A stretch of 32,000 nucleotides of DNA from assembly GCA_003345555.1 (NCBI GenBank), contig PRDJ01000041.1, positions 66,038-98,037 on the forward strand, read 5' to 3'. The stretch is from Candidatus Thorarchaeota archaeon (GTDB lineage: Archaea; Asgardarchaeota; Thorarchaeia; Thorarchaeales; Thorarchaeaceae). Position 1 is the first letter of the stretch, and every line of letters begins with the position of its first letter. Shown here in pieces: positions 16,952-26,318 of the stretch. The notes beneath the pieces were generated by a model. The model had not been told where the DNA came from, did not search any database, and saw only the letters and a list, made by a program, of their open reading frames with translations. Made by a program: the position numbers and the translations under genes.

Positions 16952-19876
16952 ATGGCATCAAGTTCTAAGTCTCGTGCGAAGAGCGTGCGGCTGGATACGG
17001 AAGGTCCACAGGACATCGTTATCCGTGGAGCCGCAGAACACAACCTCAAGCACATCGACCTGCAGATACCTCGCAACAAGCTTACTGTTGTTACAGGAGT
17101 CTCCGGCTCGGGCAAGTCGAGTTTAGTATTCGATACCATATTCGCAGAAGGACAGCGCCGTTTCGTGGAGTCGCTTTCGCCCTATGCTCGACAGTTCCTT
17201 GGCATGCTTGAGAAGCCCAAGGTGGACTACATGTCAGGGCTGTCTCCTTCAATCTCAATCGACCAGAAGAGTGCTGGTCACAATCCTAGGAGCACAGTCG
17301 GCACTATCACTGAGATCTACGATTTCTTGAGGCTCCTGTTTGCCCGTGTTGGAGTGCCCCATTGCCCAAAGTGTGGCAAGAAGATTGAACCCCAGACTGC
17401 GCAGCAGATTGTCGACAGGGTTCTTGCTCTTGGAGAGGGGACAAGCATCGCCATCATGGCACCAATCGTCCGAGAAAGAAAAGGAGAATACAGGAAGGAG
17501 TTCCGTGACCTACTTGAGAAGGGGTTCGTCAGAGTACGTGTTGACGGAGAACTGAAAGACATCGAAGAGGGCACGTCGCTAGACCGATACTACAAGCACA
17601 CAATTGAGGTTGTAATAGACCGCCTCAAGGTATCTGATTCCCAGAGAGCAAGAATATCGGAAGCGGTAGAAACCGCCCTCACGATGGCTGATAGAGTGGT
17701 GACGATTGCTGCAGACTCAGGCGACCTCACACTTTCGGAGAAGTTTGCATGTGTAGATTGCGGCATCAGCCTTCCCGAAATGGAACCACGCCTATTCTCA
17801 TGGAACACTCCACACGGGGCGTGTCCAACCTGCACCGGGCTCGGGGTCATCAGAGAGATAGACACAAAGCTTGTAGTGTCAGATGATTCGCTCTCAATCT
17901 CTCAAGGAGCAATCGCACCCTACAATTGGATGTCTAAGTCTACAACGATCAAGGCGGTTGCCAATAGGTATGGATTCTCCATGGACACTCCCTGGAGAGA
18001 TCTAACTCCAGATCAGAAGGACAAGATACTCTGGGGAACAGGTGACGAAGAAATCAAGATTGACTGGCACTGGGGAGACGATCCCGCGAAAACCCAGTGG
18101 GAAGGGACAACGGTCGCTCCATTTCGCGGCGTGATTGCTCAAATGGAACGGAACTACAAGTCAACCAAGTCAAACTACATCCGCGAGTGGCTTGAGCATT
18201 TCATGGTAGACCATGAGTGCTCGGTATGCAAGGGCTTGCGGCTTCGACCCGAGTCGACTGCCGTGAAGTTCAGAGATCTCTCGATAACCGATGTGAACAG
18301 TATGTCCATCAAGGACCTATCCGAGTTCTTCCAATCCGTGGTCCTGTCGCCGCGAGAAGAACCAATTGCCCATCCAATCATCAAGGAGATAATGGGAAGG
18401 TTGGGTTTCTTGATGGAGGTCGGCCTCGACTACCTGACACTCGATCGGTCTGCACCGTCACTCGCCGGAGGAGAAGCACAAAGAATCCGACTAGCGAGCC
18501 AGATTGGCTCCAATCTTGTGGGAGTGACCTACGTATGTGACGAGCCTTCTATTGGGCTTCATCAACGTGATAACCTCAGGCTTCTGCGCTCATTGAAGAG
18601 CCTACGAGACATAGGAAACACAGTGGTTGTAGTCGAGCATGATGAGTCCACTATGAGAGCCGCTGACTACCTTGTTGACCTCGGACCCGGGGCCGGCGAT
18701 GAAGGCGGTCGAGTTGTTGTTGCGGGAAAGGTCGATGATGTGCTTGCATCGAAGAAATCGTTAACCGCCAAATATCTTCGAGGCGATGAGAAGATACCAG
18801 TGCCTGCTGTTCGAAGACAACCGAACGGCAGATTCATTGAGATAAAGGGTGCCCGGCATCACAACCTCAAGTCCATAGACGTTAAGATTCCTCTCGGACT
18901 CTTCGTTTGTGTCACGGGCGTATCGGGCAGTGGAAAGTCGAGCCTGATAGACGAGACGCTTCAGAGAGAGCTAGCAAGGAGGTTCTACAATGCTACAGCC
19001 ACACCCGGTGAGTGCGATGCCATTATTGGTGCTGAACAACTCGACAAGGTCATTATCATTGATCAGAGCCCGATTGGTCGCACACCAAGATCTAACCCCG
19101 CGACCTACGTAAGCCTGTTCTCGGACATTCGAGACCTCTTCTCAGGCTTGCCCGAGGCGAAGATCAGAGGTTACAAACCGGGTAGGTTCAGCTTCAATGT
19201 GAAAGGCGGGCGGTGCGAAAAGTGCAGGGGTGCAGGTGTTGAAGTCATAGAGATGCAGTTCCTCCCACCTGTTGAGGTCACCTGCGCTGAATGCAAGGGG
19301 CGACGATACAACAGAGAGACACTTCAGGTCCGCTACAAGGGCAAGAACATAGCCGACGTCCTTGCAATGAGAACAGACGAAGCACTTGACTTCTTCGCAG
19401 ACTTACCATCAATTCATCGCAAGCTGAAGACACTCTACGAGGTGGGCATGGGCTATGTTCAACTGGGCCAGCCCGCGACGACACTGAGTGGCGGAGAGGC
19501 ACAAAGAATCAAACTAAGCAAGTTCCTTTCGCGGCCCGCCACCGGTCAGACTCTGCTCCTCCTCGACGAACCGACGACCGGGCTCCATTTTGCAGACATC
19601 AAGAAGCTGCTTGAGGTTCTTCATAGGCTTGTGGACTTGGGCAATACAGTGCTCGTTGTGGAGCATCAGCTCGATGTTGTGAAGACCGCGGACTGGGTGA
19701 TTGATTTGGGCCCTGAGGGCGGCGACGAGGGCGGCTACCTCATCGCAGAAGGTACTCCAGAGCAAGTGGCTGAACGCGAGAACTCATACACTGGGAAGTA
19801 CCTCAGAGGGGTGCTTCACGAGGCGAGACCAGAAGCTGCAGTCCAAAGAAGCGGCACGAGGAGGAAGAAGCCATGA
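16952..19876 (+). CDS. uvrA: Excinuclease ABC subunit A, copy 1 (full length)
   Basis: Two Walker A motifs (GVSGSGKSS twice), signatures LAGGEAQR and [16 protein letters not shown] and DEPTTGLH, three zinc modules, UvrB-binding domain and insertion domain. Confidence 0.98.
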   Translation: MASSSKSRAKSVRLDTEGPQDIVIRGAAEHNLKHIDLQIPRNKLTVVTGVSGSGKSSLVFDTIFAEGQRRFVESLSPYARQFLGMLEKPKVDYMSGLSPSISIDQKSAGHNPRSTVGTITEIYDFLRLLFARVGVPHCPKCGKKIEPQTAQQIVDRVLALGEGTSIAIMAPIVRERKGEYRKEFRDLLEKGFVRVRVDGELKDIEEGTSLDRYYKHTIEVVIDRLKVSDSQRARISEAVETALTMADRVVTIAADSGDLTLSEKFACVDCGISLPEMEPRLFSWNTPHGACPTCTGLGVIREIDTKLVVSDDSLSISQGAIAPYNWMSKSTTIKAVANRYGFSMDTPWRDLTPDQKDKILWGTGDEEIKIDWHWGDDPAKTQWEGTTVAPFRGVIAQMERNYKSTKSNYIREWLEHFMVDHECSVCKGLRLRPESTAVKFRDLSITDVNSMSIKDLSEFFQSVVLSPREEPIAHPIIKEIMGRLGFLMEVGLDYLTLDRSAPSLAGGEAQRIRLASQIGSNLVGVTYVCDEPSIGLHQRDNLRLLRSLKSLRDIGNTVVVVEHDESTMRAADYLVDLGPGAGDEGGRVVVAGKVDDVLASKKSLTAKYLRGDEKIPVPAVRRQPNGRFIEIKGARHHNLKSIDVKIPLGLFVCVTGVSGSGKSSLIDETLQRELARRFYNATATPGECDAIIGAEQLDKVIIIDQSPIGRTPRSNPATYVSLFSDIRDLFSGLPEAKIRGYKPGRFSFNVKGGRCEKCRGAGVEVIEMQFLPPVEVTCAECKGRRYNRETLQVRYKGKNIADVLAMRTDEALDFFADLPSIHRKLKTLYEVGMGYVQLGQPATTLSGGEAQRIKLSKFLSRPATGQTLLLLDEPTTGLHFADIKKLLEVLHRLVDLGNTVLVVEHQLDVVKTADWVIDLGPEGGDEGGYLIAEGTPEQVAERENSYTGKYLRGVLHEARPEAAVQRSGTRRKKP

Positions 19877-22752
19877 CGGGCTACATCAAGGTCCGAGGCG
19901 CCTCTGAGCACAACCTGAAGGGTATCGACGTCGACATCCCGAGAGACAGGCTCGTTGTCGTCACGGGACCCTCAGGTTCGGGGAAATCCAGTCTTGTCTT
20001 TGATACCATCTTTGCCGAAGGTCAGAGGAGATATGTTGAATCACTCTCATCATATGCCAGGAGGTTTCTGGGTCGACTCGATAAGCCGAGAGTTGAGTCA
20101 ATCACAGGCTTGCCACCCGCAATCTCAATTGAGCAGAAAGGGGGAACCAAGAACCCCAGAAGCACGGTTGGAACCAGTACCGAGATTCACGACTATCTAC
20201 GACTTCTGTTTGCCAACATAGGCATCCCGCACTGCCTCAAGTGTGGTGCCGCTATGGAACAACTCACTGCGGATTCGGCTGCAACACTTCTGCTTCAGGA
20301 GAATGGTGGCAAGAGAATCGTGGTTCTCGCCCCGGTCGCGAGAGAAGAGCCAGGAAAACTAGAGGATACGCTCCAGCATCTGACCGAGAACGGTTTCACG
20401 CGAGTCAGGGTCGACGGGGAGATTCGAGAACTTGAAGGACTAGAACTGGACGGCCGCAAGAAGCACAATGTGGACGTAGTCGTTGATAGAGTCGAGCTGG
20501 GCGAGAAGAGCAGAGAAAGACTGGTCGGTTCCATTGAGACTGCTCTAGAGTCAGGGCAGGGTTCGGCAGTCATAGCTCGGGAAGGGGAGCAGGATATAGT
20601 ATTCGCAGAGAAACTCATGTGCCCACACTGCGGTATTCAATACGAAAAGCTCGAACCCAAGGCTTTCTCGTACAACACTCCTGCTGGCGCATGTCCGGCC
20701 TGCAACGGTCTCGGTGCCACAATCAGCATCGATCCGGAGAAGATTGTTCCAAATAAGATACTCAGTCTAACAGATGGTGCCCTGAAGCCATGGGCCGGGT
20801 CTCAACAGTCATGGCCGTATCGCTTGCTTGAAGCTCTATCTGCAGAAGCGAACTTCTCCCTTGACACGCTGTGGAGCAAGCTTCCAGAGTCCGTTCACGA
20901 CCTCATAATGTGGGGTCGTCCGCCACTCAGAGTGAAGTTCTCCTATCAGCAGATTGACTACAAGGGACGACTTCAAACAGTAAACGTGACCCGCACTTGG
21001 GAGGGCATGGTACCTAGATTTGAGAGGCACCTTCGCGGAAGACTATCCGAAGAGACCAAAGAGAAGATCATCAGTCTATACTCAAGCAGGAAGGTCTGTG
21101 CAGCATGTGGTGGCAAGAAACTTCGACCGGAAAGTCTCGCAGTGACAGTTGCAGGAAAGACAATCGACAGCGTAACCTCAATGACAATCGAAGATGCTCT
21201 CGACTTCTTCAAGAATATCGAACTGACAGAGCGGGAGCACAAGATTGCTGGACTCATCCTGAAAGAGATCGTGTCCCGTTTATCATTCATAGTATCAGTC
21301 GGACTTGACTATCTCAACCTTGACCGTCCATCGATGACACTCTCGGGCGGAGAATCACAGAGAATCCGTTTGGCGACTCAGATTGGGTCTGCGTTGACGG
21401 GAGTACTCTACTGCTTGGATGAGCCCTCGGTCGGTCTGCACCCTCGCGATATTTCACGGCTGCTTGTCACTCTGATTCGACTGAGGAGCCTTGGCAACAC
21501 GGTTGTAGTAATCGAACACGACCGTGACACAATCAATGCGGCAGACTACGTTGTGGACTTGGGTCCGGGAGCCGGCGTCCACGGAGGAAAGCTAGTCGCA
21601 TGCGGCACTCCTGAAGAAGTGCTCTCGAGTCCGAAATCACTCACTGCCCTCTATCTCGCAGGCAAGAAGCAGATACCAGTGCCCAAGACGAGAAGGGCGG
21701 GTAGCGGAAAGTCAGTAGTCGTAAGGGGAGCCCGTCAGAACAACCTGAGAAACATAGACGTTGCATTTCCACTTGGGAGATTCATCTGTGTCACGGGAGT
21801 CTCTGGCAGTGGTAAGAGTACGCTCGTCCACGAGACACTATACAAAGCCTTGGCCCAAGTCATGGGTTCCTCCACGGAGACACCTGGTGACCATGACGGG
21901 ATTGACGGAGCCGAGAACATTGACCGTCTAATACTGGTGGACCAGTCTCCCATTGGACGAACTCCTCGGTCAAACCCTGCAACCTACACAAAGGTCTTCG
22001 ATGAGATTCGCAAGCTCTTTGCACTGACTCCCGAGGCAAAGGCGAGAGGCTACACGGCAGGCAGGTTCAGCTTCAACACGAGAGCCGGCAGATGTGAGAA
22101 GTGCCAAGGCAGTGGGCTTCTTCGAGTCGAGATGCACTTCATGACCGATGTCTACATCACCTGCGACGTGTGCAACGGTAATCGCTTTGACAGAGAGACA
22201 CTCGAGGTGAAATACAAAGGCAGGAACATAACTGAGGTTCTCAGGATGAATATCGAGGAGGCACTGGGATTCTTCCAAGACATTCCGCAGGTGGCCGACA
22301 GGCTGCAGACACTCGCTGATGTTGGTCTTGGATACGTCGAACTCGGCCAGCCCGCGACCACGCTCAGCGGAGGCGAGGCACAAAGGGTTAAGCTTGCAGC
22401 AGAACTCTCGCGCAGAAACACAGGGTCTACCCTATACATACTTGACGAGCCTACAACCGGCCTCTCAGCATCAGACGTGGATGTGCTCCTCAAGGTCTTG
22501 AATCGGCTTGTCGACTCTGGCAACACTGTCATCGTCATCGAGCACAACCAAGAAGTCATAAAGACTGCAGACTGGGTGATTGATTTGGGTCCCGAAGGTG
22601 GGGTCAAGGGTGGTACCTTGGTTGCCGCAGGAACGCCAGAAGAGGTCTCATCAGTACCCGAGTCTTTCACTGGGCAGCATCTCAAAAGCGCTCTTTCAGG
22701 TCCCAAAGTGCGTCACAGTGTAGTTACCACACTGCCGCCTCCAAAGACCTGA
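19873..22752 (+). CDS. uvrA: Excinuclease ABC subunit A, copy 2 (full length, diverged paralogue)
   Basis: GPSGSGKSS and [17 protein letters not shown] and [16 protein letters not shown] and DEPTTGLS, all three zinc modules, both inserted domains. Overlaps copy 1 by ATGA. Confidence 0.97.
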   Translation: MTGYIKVRGASEHNLKGIDVDIPRDRLVVVTGPSGSGKSSLVFDTIFAEGQRRYVESLSSYARRFLGRLDKPRVESITGLPPAISIEQKGGTKNPRSTVGTSTEIHDYLRLLFANIGIPHCLKCGAAMEQLTADSAATLLLQENGGKRIVVLAPVAREEPGKLEDTLQHLTENGFTRVRVDGEIRELEGLELDGRKKHNVDVVVDRVELGEKSRERLVGSIETALESGQGSAVIAREGEQDIVFAEKLMCPHCGIQYEKLEPKAFSYNTPAGACPACNGLGATISIDPEKIVPNKILSLTDGALKPWAGSQQSWPYRLLEALSAEANFSLDTLWSKLPESVHDLIMWGRPPLRVKFSYQQIDYKGRLQTVNVTRTWEGMVPRFERHLRGRLSEETKEKIISLYSSRKVCAACGGKKLRPESLAVTVAGKTIDSVTSMTIEDALDFFKNIELTEREHKIAGLILKEIVSRLSFIVSVGLDYLNLDRPSMTLSGGESQRIRLATQIGSALTGVLYCLDEPSVGLHPRDISRLLVTLIRLRSLGNTVVVIEHDRDTINAADYVVDLGPGAGVHGGKLVACGTPEEVLSSPKSLTALYLAGKKQIPVPKTRRAGSGKSVVVRGARQNNLRNIDVAFPLGRFICVTGVSGSGKSTLVHETLYKALAQVMGSSTETPGDHDGIDGAENIDRLILVDQSPIGRTPRSNPATYTKVFDEIRKLFALTPEAKARGYTAGRFSFNTRAGRCEKCQGSGLLRVEMHFMTDVYITCDVCNGNRFDRETLEVKYKGRNITEVLRMNIEEALGFFQDIPQVADRLQTLADVGLGYVELGQPATTLSGGEAQRVKLAAELSRRNTGSTLYILDEPTTGLSASDVDVLLKVLNRLVDSGNTVIVIEHNQEVIKTADWVIDLGPEGGVKGGTLVAAGTPEEVSSVPESFTGQHLKSALSGPKVRHSVVTTLPPPKT

Positions 22753-22802
22753 TTTATCACTGACTGCATCGCAATATCAGCTGACGAACGGAGATTCTCG
22801 AT

Positions 22803-24614
22803 GTGTCCGATCTTGCCAAACTGGTTGGTGACCTTCCTGAGCTTCCAGGGGTGTACCTCTGGAAGGATGAAGCAGGCAAGATCATTTACATTGGAAAAGC
22901 CAAGTCACTTCGGAAACGTGTTAGCTCATATCTCAGCAGAAAGGAATTGGACTCAAAGACTGAAGATCTCATGAACCATGCCCGTGACCTTGAGACGATA
23001 GTGACTAACAACGAGCTTGAGGCTGTGATACTCGAGTCAACACTCATCAAGCAACATATGCCAAAATACAACATCGCACTGAAGGACGATCGAAGGCATG
23101 CTTGGATACGTGTTGACCTCAACAAGGAGTATCCAGTGTTTGAGGTGACTCGCGATGTCGCAAAGGACGGGGCCAACTACTACGGGCCCTATGGAAGCAC
23201 AAGGCGGCTCGACAGATTCCTAGATTCAGCTCGTAAGTTCATTCCTATTGCTATGTGCAAGAGCCCAGAAGCTGTCAAGAGGGAGTGCACAGATTACTAC
23301 CTTGGTAGATGTGCGGGACCTTGCAAAGAGCATGTCCCAAGAGAAGAATACAGATCCATGGTCGAACAGATGCGTCTGTACCTTGAGGGAAAGGAAGCCC
23401 AGCTGACTCAAGCAGTCAAGAAGGAGATGGACAAAGCTGCTAACAACCTCGAGTTCGAGAGAGCTGCCAGACTCAGAGATCGGCTCAAGGACATAGAGAT
23501 AGTCATGAGGAAACAGAAAGTCTTCGACGTCGCCGAAATTGACAAAGACGTTCTTGGAATATCCAGAACCGAACAGGCTGCTCTCGTTGAGATGCTCATC
23601 ATTAGGACGGGAAGGCTTGTTGGCACAGACCATTTCTATTTCGAACTGAGCATGGATACGACGGATTCGGAAGTCCTCTCTTCATTTGTAAAGCAGTTCT
23701 ACTTCAAACTCCCTCAGGTCCCTGATGAGATACTCGTGCCGGTCGAAATACCTGAAATGGAACAGCTTGGCGATTGGCTTAGTCAAAACAGGGCCGTGCC
23801 CATTAAGCTGTATCTGCCCGCTGAGGGTAAAGCGAACGAACTCGTCAAGATGGCAAACGCAAACGCCACGAGAAGCCTACGGAGGATACTCGTTCTTGGA
23901 GACCGGGACGAAGACATTGTTGACGAGGGCGTCAAACAGCTCAAGGAAGCTCTGGGACTCACTCGCGCGCCGTTCCACATAGAAGGCTTCGACATTGCTA
24001 ACATTCAGGGAACCGACCCGACCGGTTCATGTGTGGTCTTCGTCAACGGTCAAGCCGCAAATAGCAGCTACCGGATGTTCAGGGTACGCGTGAAAGAGAC
24101 CCCCGATGATTATGCCATGATGTCAGAAGTGGTGCTGAGAAGGTATAGAGGCGTCCTTGAAGAGGGCGGTGTCATCCCTGATTTGATAATGGTCGACGGA
24201 GGAAAGGGCCAGCTAAGTGCGGCGCTCAAGGCTCTTGATCAGCTCGGACTCGAATACCTCCCAGTTGCGGCTCTTGCAAAGAAAGAGGAGATCATCTATA
24301 CTCAAGACAACATGGACGGAATTGCTCTCCCGCCTGAGTCGCAAGGCCTGCGATTGATTGAAAGTATACGAGACGAGGCACACCGATTTGCGCAACGATA
24401 CCATCACATCCTGAGAGAGAAGAGATTCACGGGTTCGATACTGGAGGAGGCGCCGGGGATTGGACCGAAGAGGAGAGCCGCCTTGCTCAATGCATTCGGC
24501 AGCTACGAAAAGGTCAGGTCAGCGAGTGTAGAGGAACTGGCGAAAGTTGAGGGGATGTCGCAAAAGACCGCAGAAGCACTCAAGGAGTGGCTTGACAAGG
24601 ACGAAATTGCCTAG
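22803..24614 (+). CDS. uvrC: Excinuclease ABC subunit C
   Basis: GIY-YIG domain (PGVYLW...IYIGKAKSLRKRV), four-Cys region, UVR domain, RNase H-like domain (FDIAN, PDDY, VDGGKGQL, RDEAHRFA) and C-terminal HhH2 (PGIGPKR). Confidence 0.98.
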   Translation: MSDLAKLVGDLPELPGVYLWKDEAGKIIYIGKAKSLRKRVSSYLSRKELDSKTEDLMNHARDLETIVTNNELEAVILESTLIKQHMPKYNIALKDDRRHAWIRVDLNKEYPVFEVTRDVAKDGANYYGPYGSTRRLDRFLDSARKFIPIAMCKSPEAVKRECTDYYLGRCAGPCKEHVPREEYRSMVEQMRLYLEGKEAQLTQAVKKEMDKAANNLEFERAARLRDRLKDIEIVMRKQKVFDVAEIDKDVLGISRTEQAALVEMLIIRTGRLVGTDHFYFELSMDTTDSEVLSSFVKQFYFKLPQVPDEILVPVEIPEMEQLGDWLSQNRAVPIKLYLPAEGKANELVKMANANATRSLRRILVLGDRDEDIVDEGVKQLKEALGLTRAPFHIEGFDIANIQGTDPTGSCVVFVNGQAANSSYRMFRVRVKETPDDYAMMSEVVLRRYRGVLEEGGVIPDLIMVDGGKGQLSAALKALDQLGLEYLPVAALAKKEEIIYTQDNMDGIALPPESQGLRLIESIRDEAHRFAQRYHHILREKRFTGSILEEAPGIGPKRRAALLNAFGSYEKVRSASVEELAKVEGMSQKTAEALKEWLDKDEIA

Positions 24615-24679
24615 ATGAAGTCGGTCCCTGAGAATGAGCAAGCACTTAACCCGGAGAAGCGTATGTATCGCCGATAGAC

Positions 24680-24970
24680 GTGAGGGTCTTCGTAGGAGTC
24701 AAAACGGAACTCGGTCGTGCGTATCAGGTTAGAGAACGTGTTCGCAAGCTCAGAGGCGTGAAGTGTGCATGCACGATCTACAGGGGTCCATATGATGTGA
24801 TTATCACAGTTGACGTTCCAGACTTGAAAGACTTCGAGACCCTCGCCCTATACGAGCTTCCTCGCATTCAGGGTGTTCTGGACTATGAATCGTTTCTCAC
24901 GGCAAGCCCTGATGACAAAGAGGAAGCAGGATGGACTCCGGATCCCATTTTCTCGCCGTCAAAGAAGTAG
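24680..24970 (+). CDS. Stand-alone Lrp/AsnC ligand-binding (RAM) domain protein
   Basis: 96 aa with a beta-alpha-beta-beta-alpha-beta pattern, GPYDVII motif and LPRIQGV...ESF ending. No N-terminal HTH. Confidence 0.8.
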   Translation: MRVFVGVKTELGRAYQVRERVRKLRGVKCACTIYRGPYDVIITVDVPDLKDFETLALYELPRIQGVLDYESFLTASPDDKEEAGWTPDPIFSPSKK

Positions 24971-24993
24971 CAAGCCCTCCTCAAGAAGCTCAT

Positions 24994-25812
24994 TCAATGC
25001 TCCTTCGTAGCAAGTAGCGAATACATCAGAGGAAGCTGAACCTCAGCGTTGTCATAGTACCATGACCCATCCTTGGCTTGCTTCAGGAATGGGAATTGCT
25101 GGAAAACCGAACTCGGAAACTCGTGAAGAAAACGAATTCGCAGGCCAGCATTTGATAATGCAGTGACGACATCACCCAACCCATGAGCCCACTCATAATC
25201 GACGTATGGTCCTATCTTCTTGTCGGTTTCTGCGTAGGACTTGTCAACGTCGAACCGACTTGGCTGGGTGTTGTGAAAGTAGCTGTATCTAATCTCGAAC
25301 CCATCATGCGAGTCCGAATCGAACACCCACATCAAGGGGTGAAATTCGGCGATGTAGAACACTCCTTTAGGCTTCAGGAAACTGGCAACAATCTCCGCCC
25401 ATCTGGGCAAATCTGGCAACCAGCACAGAACGCCGTATGAAGTGAAAACAACATCGAACTTCTTGCTCAGAACCTTCGGCAGATCATAGATGTTGGACTC
25501 GATAAACGTCCCCTTGAGACCTGTTTGCTCCGCCAATCTTCGTGCCAGCTGAATGGCCGCTCCTGAGAAGTCAACGCCAGTCACATTCGCCCCCTTGCGC
25601 GCCCACGATAGCGTGTCGAGACCGAACTGGCACTGGAGATGCAACAGACTCTTTCCCTTTACGTCGCCCAGCTCATTGAGTTCCACAGGATGGAGAGTTG
25701 TTGCTCCCTCGAGAAACTCCCTTGTCTTGTAGGTCTTAGAATCAAAATGGAGTCTGGAGAGTTCGTCCCAAAGCTTCTGATTGGCTCGGAAAGCTGCATC
25801 GATATCCTTCAC
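24994..25812 (-). CDS. Class I SAM-dependent methyltransferase
   Basis: Motif I variant LLHLQCQFG, VTGVDFS, and FDVVFTSYGVLCWLPDL...LKPKG. Confidence 0.92.
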   Translation of the reverse strand: MKDIDAAFRANQKLWDELSRLHFDSKTYKTREFLEGATTLHPVELNELGDVKGKSLLHLQCQFGLDTLSWARKGANVTGVDFSGAAIQLARRLAEQTGLKGTFIESNIYDLPKVLSKKFDVVFTSYGVLCWLPDLPRWAEIVASFLKPKGVFYIAEFHPLMWVFDSDSHDGFEIRYSYFHNTQPSRFDVDKSYAETDKKIGPYVDYEWAHGLGDVVTALSNAGLRIRFLHEFPSSVFQQFPFLKQAKDGSWYYDNAEVQLPLMYSLLATKEH

Positions 25813-25948
25813 CGGTTGTCATACCTTCAACACGGACTGCAAACCTCATCGGTTATGCTTTTTGCTCGTCGCACGAGAAAAGATGGCGTACTAGTTTGCA
25901 GCAGAGCGAAACGTCGCCATTTGCGCATTGGAAAGCCACACCATTTCG

Positions 25949-25955
25949 TTTAAAT
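25949..25955 (+). promoter_or_regulatory. Putative TATA box (TTTAAAT) for the ferredoxin gene
   Basis: TTTAAAT lies about 70 nt upstream of ATG 26026 in a divergent intergenic region. Consensus match only. Confidence 0.4.
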
Positions 25956-26025
25956 TGGGGGGCTCAAAGGCTCAAGACCCTCGGACGCTTCAATGTCCGT
26001 ACAAGTTATCCAAGAGAGGACAACA

Positions 26026-26229
26026 ATGATTTGGAAGGTAACTGACAAATGCACCGGATGCGGCACGTGTGTTGATGTCTGCCCGGTCGATCCTTCTCTT
26101 TACGTTCTCAACGAAGACAAGAAGACGAAGAAGAAGAAATCGGAGTATCAAGTCAAGCGTGCCGACGAATGTACAGAGTGCTACGCCTGCACTGATTCAT
26201 GCCCCGAGGGAGCGATTGAGGAAGGGTAG
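26026..26229 (+). CDS. 2x[4Fe-4S] ferredoxin
   Basis: CTGCGTCVDVCP and CTECYACTDSCP. ATG 26026 lies behind GAGAGGA (track start 25993). Confidence 0.95.
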   Translation: MIWKVTDKCTGCGTCVDVCPVDPSLYVLNEDKKTKKKKSEYQVKRADECTECYACTDSCPEGAIEEG

Positions 26230-26275
26230 ACTCCCTGACTTATGCTCTGGGACGACTGATATTCTAGAAAAAGAT

Positions 26276-26318
26276 CGAGCCAGTCCACCACCGACAATTC
26301 TGCAGGTGGGCTGGTTCG
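26276..26318 (+). other. 14-bp RNA stem-loop downstream of the ferredoxin gene
   Basis: CGAGCCAGTCCACC pairs with GGTGGGCTGGTTCG. Both non-Watson-Crick positions are G-U wobbles on the plus strand. Loop is 15 nt. Confidence 0.5.

Noticed and set aside
16952-22752. Tandem uvrA as an assembly artefact or very recent duplication
   Set aside because: The two proteins differ throughout, including indels, termini and the inserted domains, so they are not near-identical copies.
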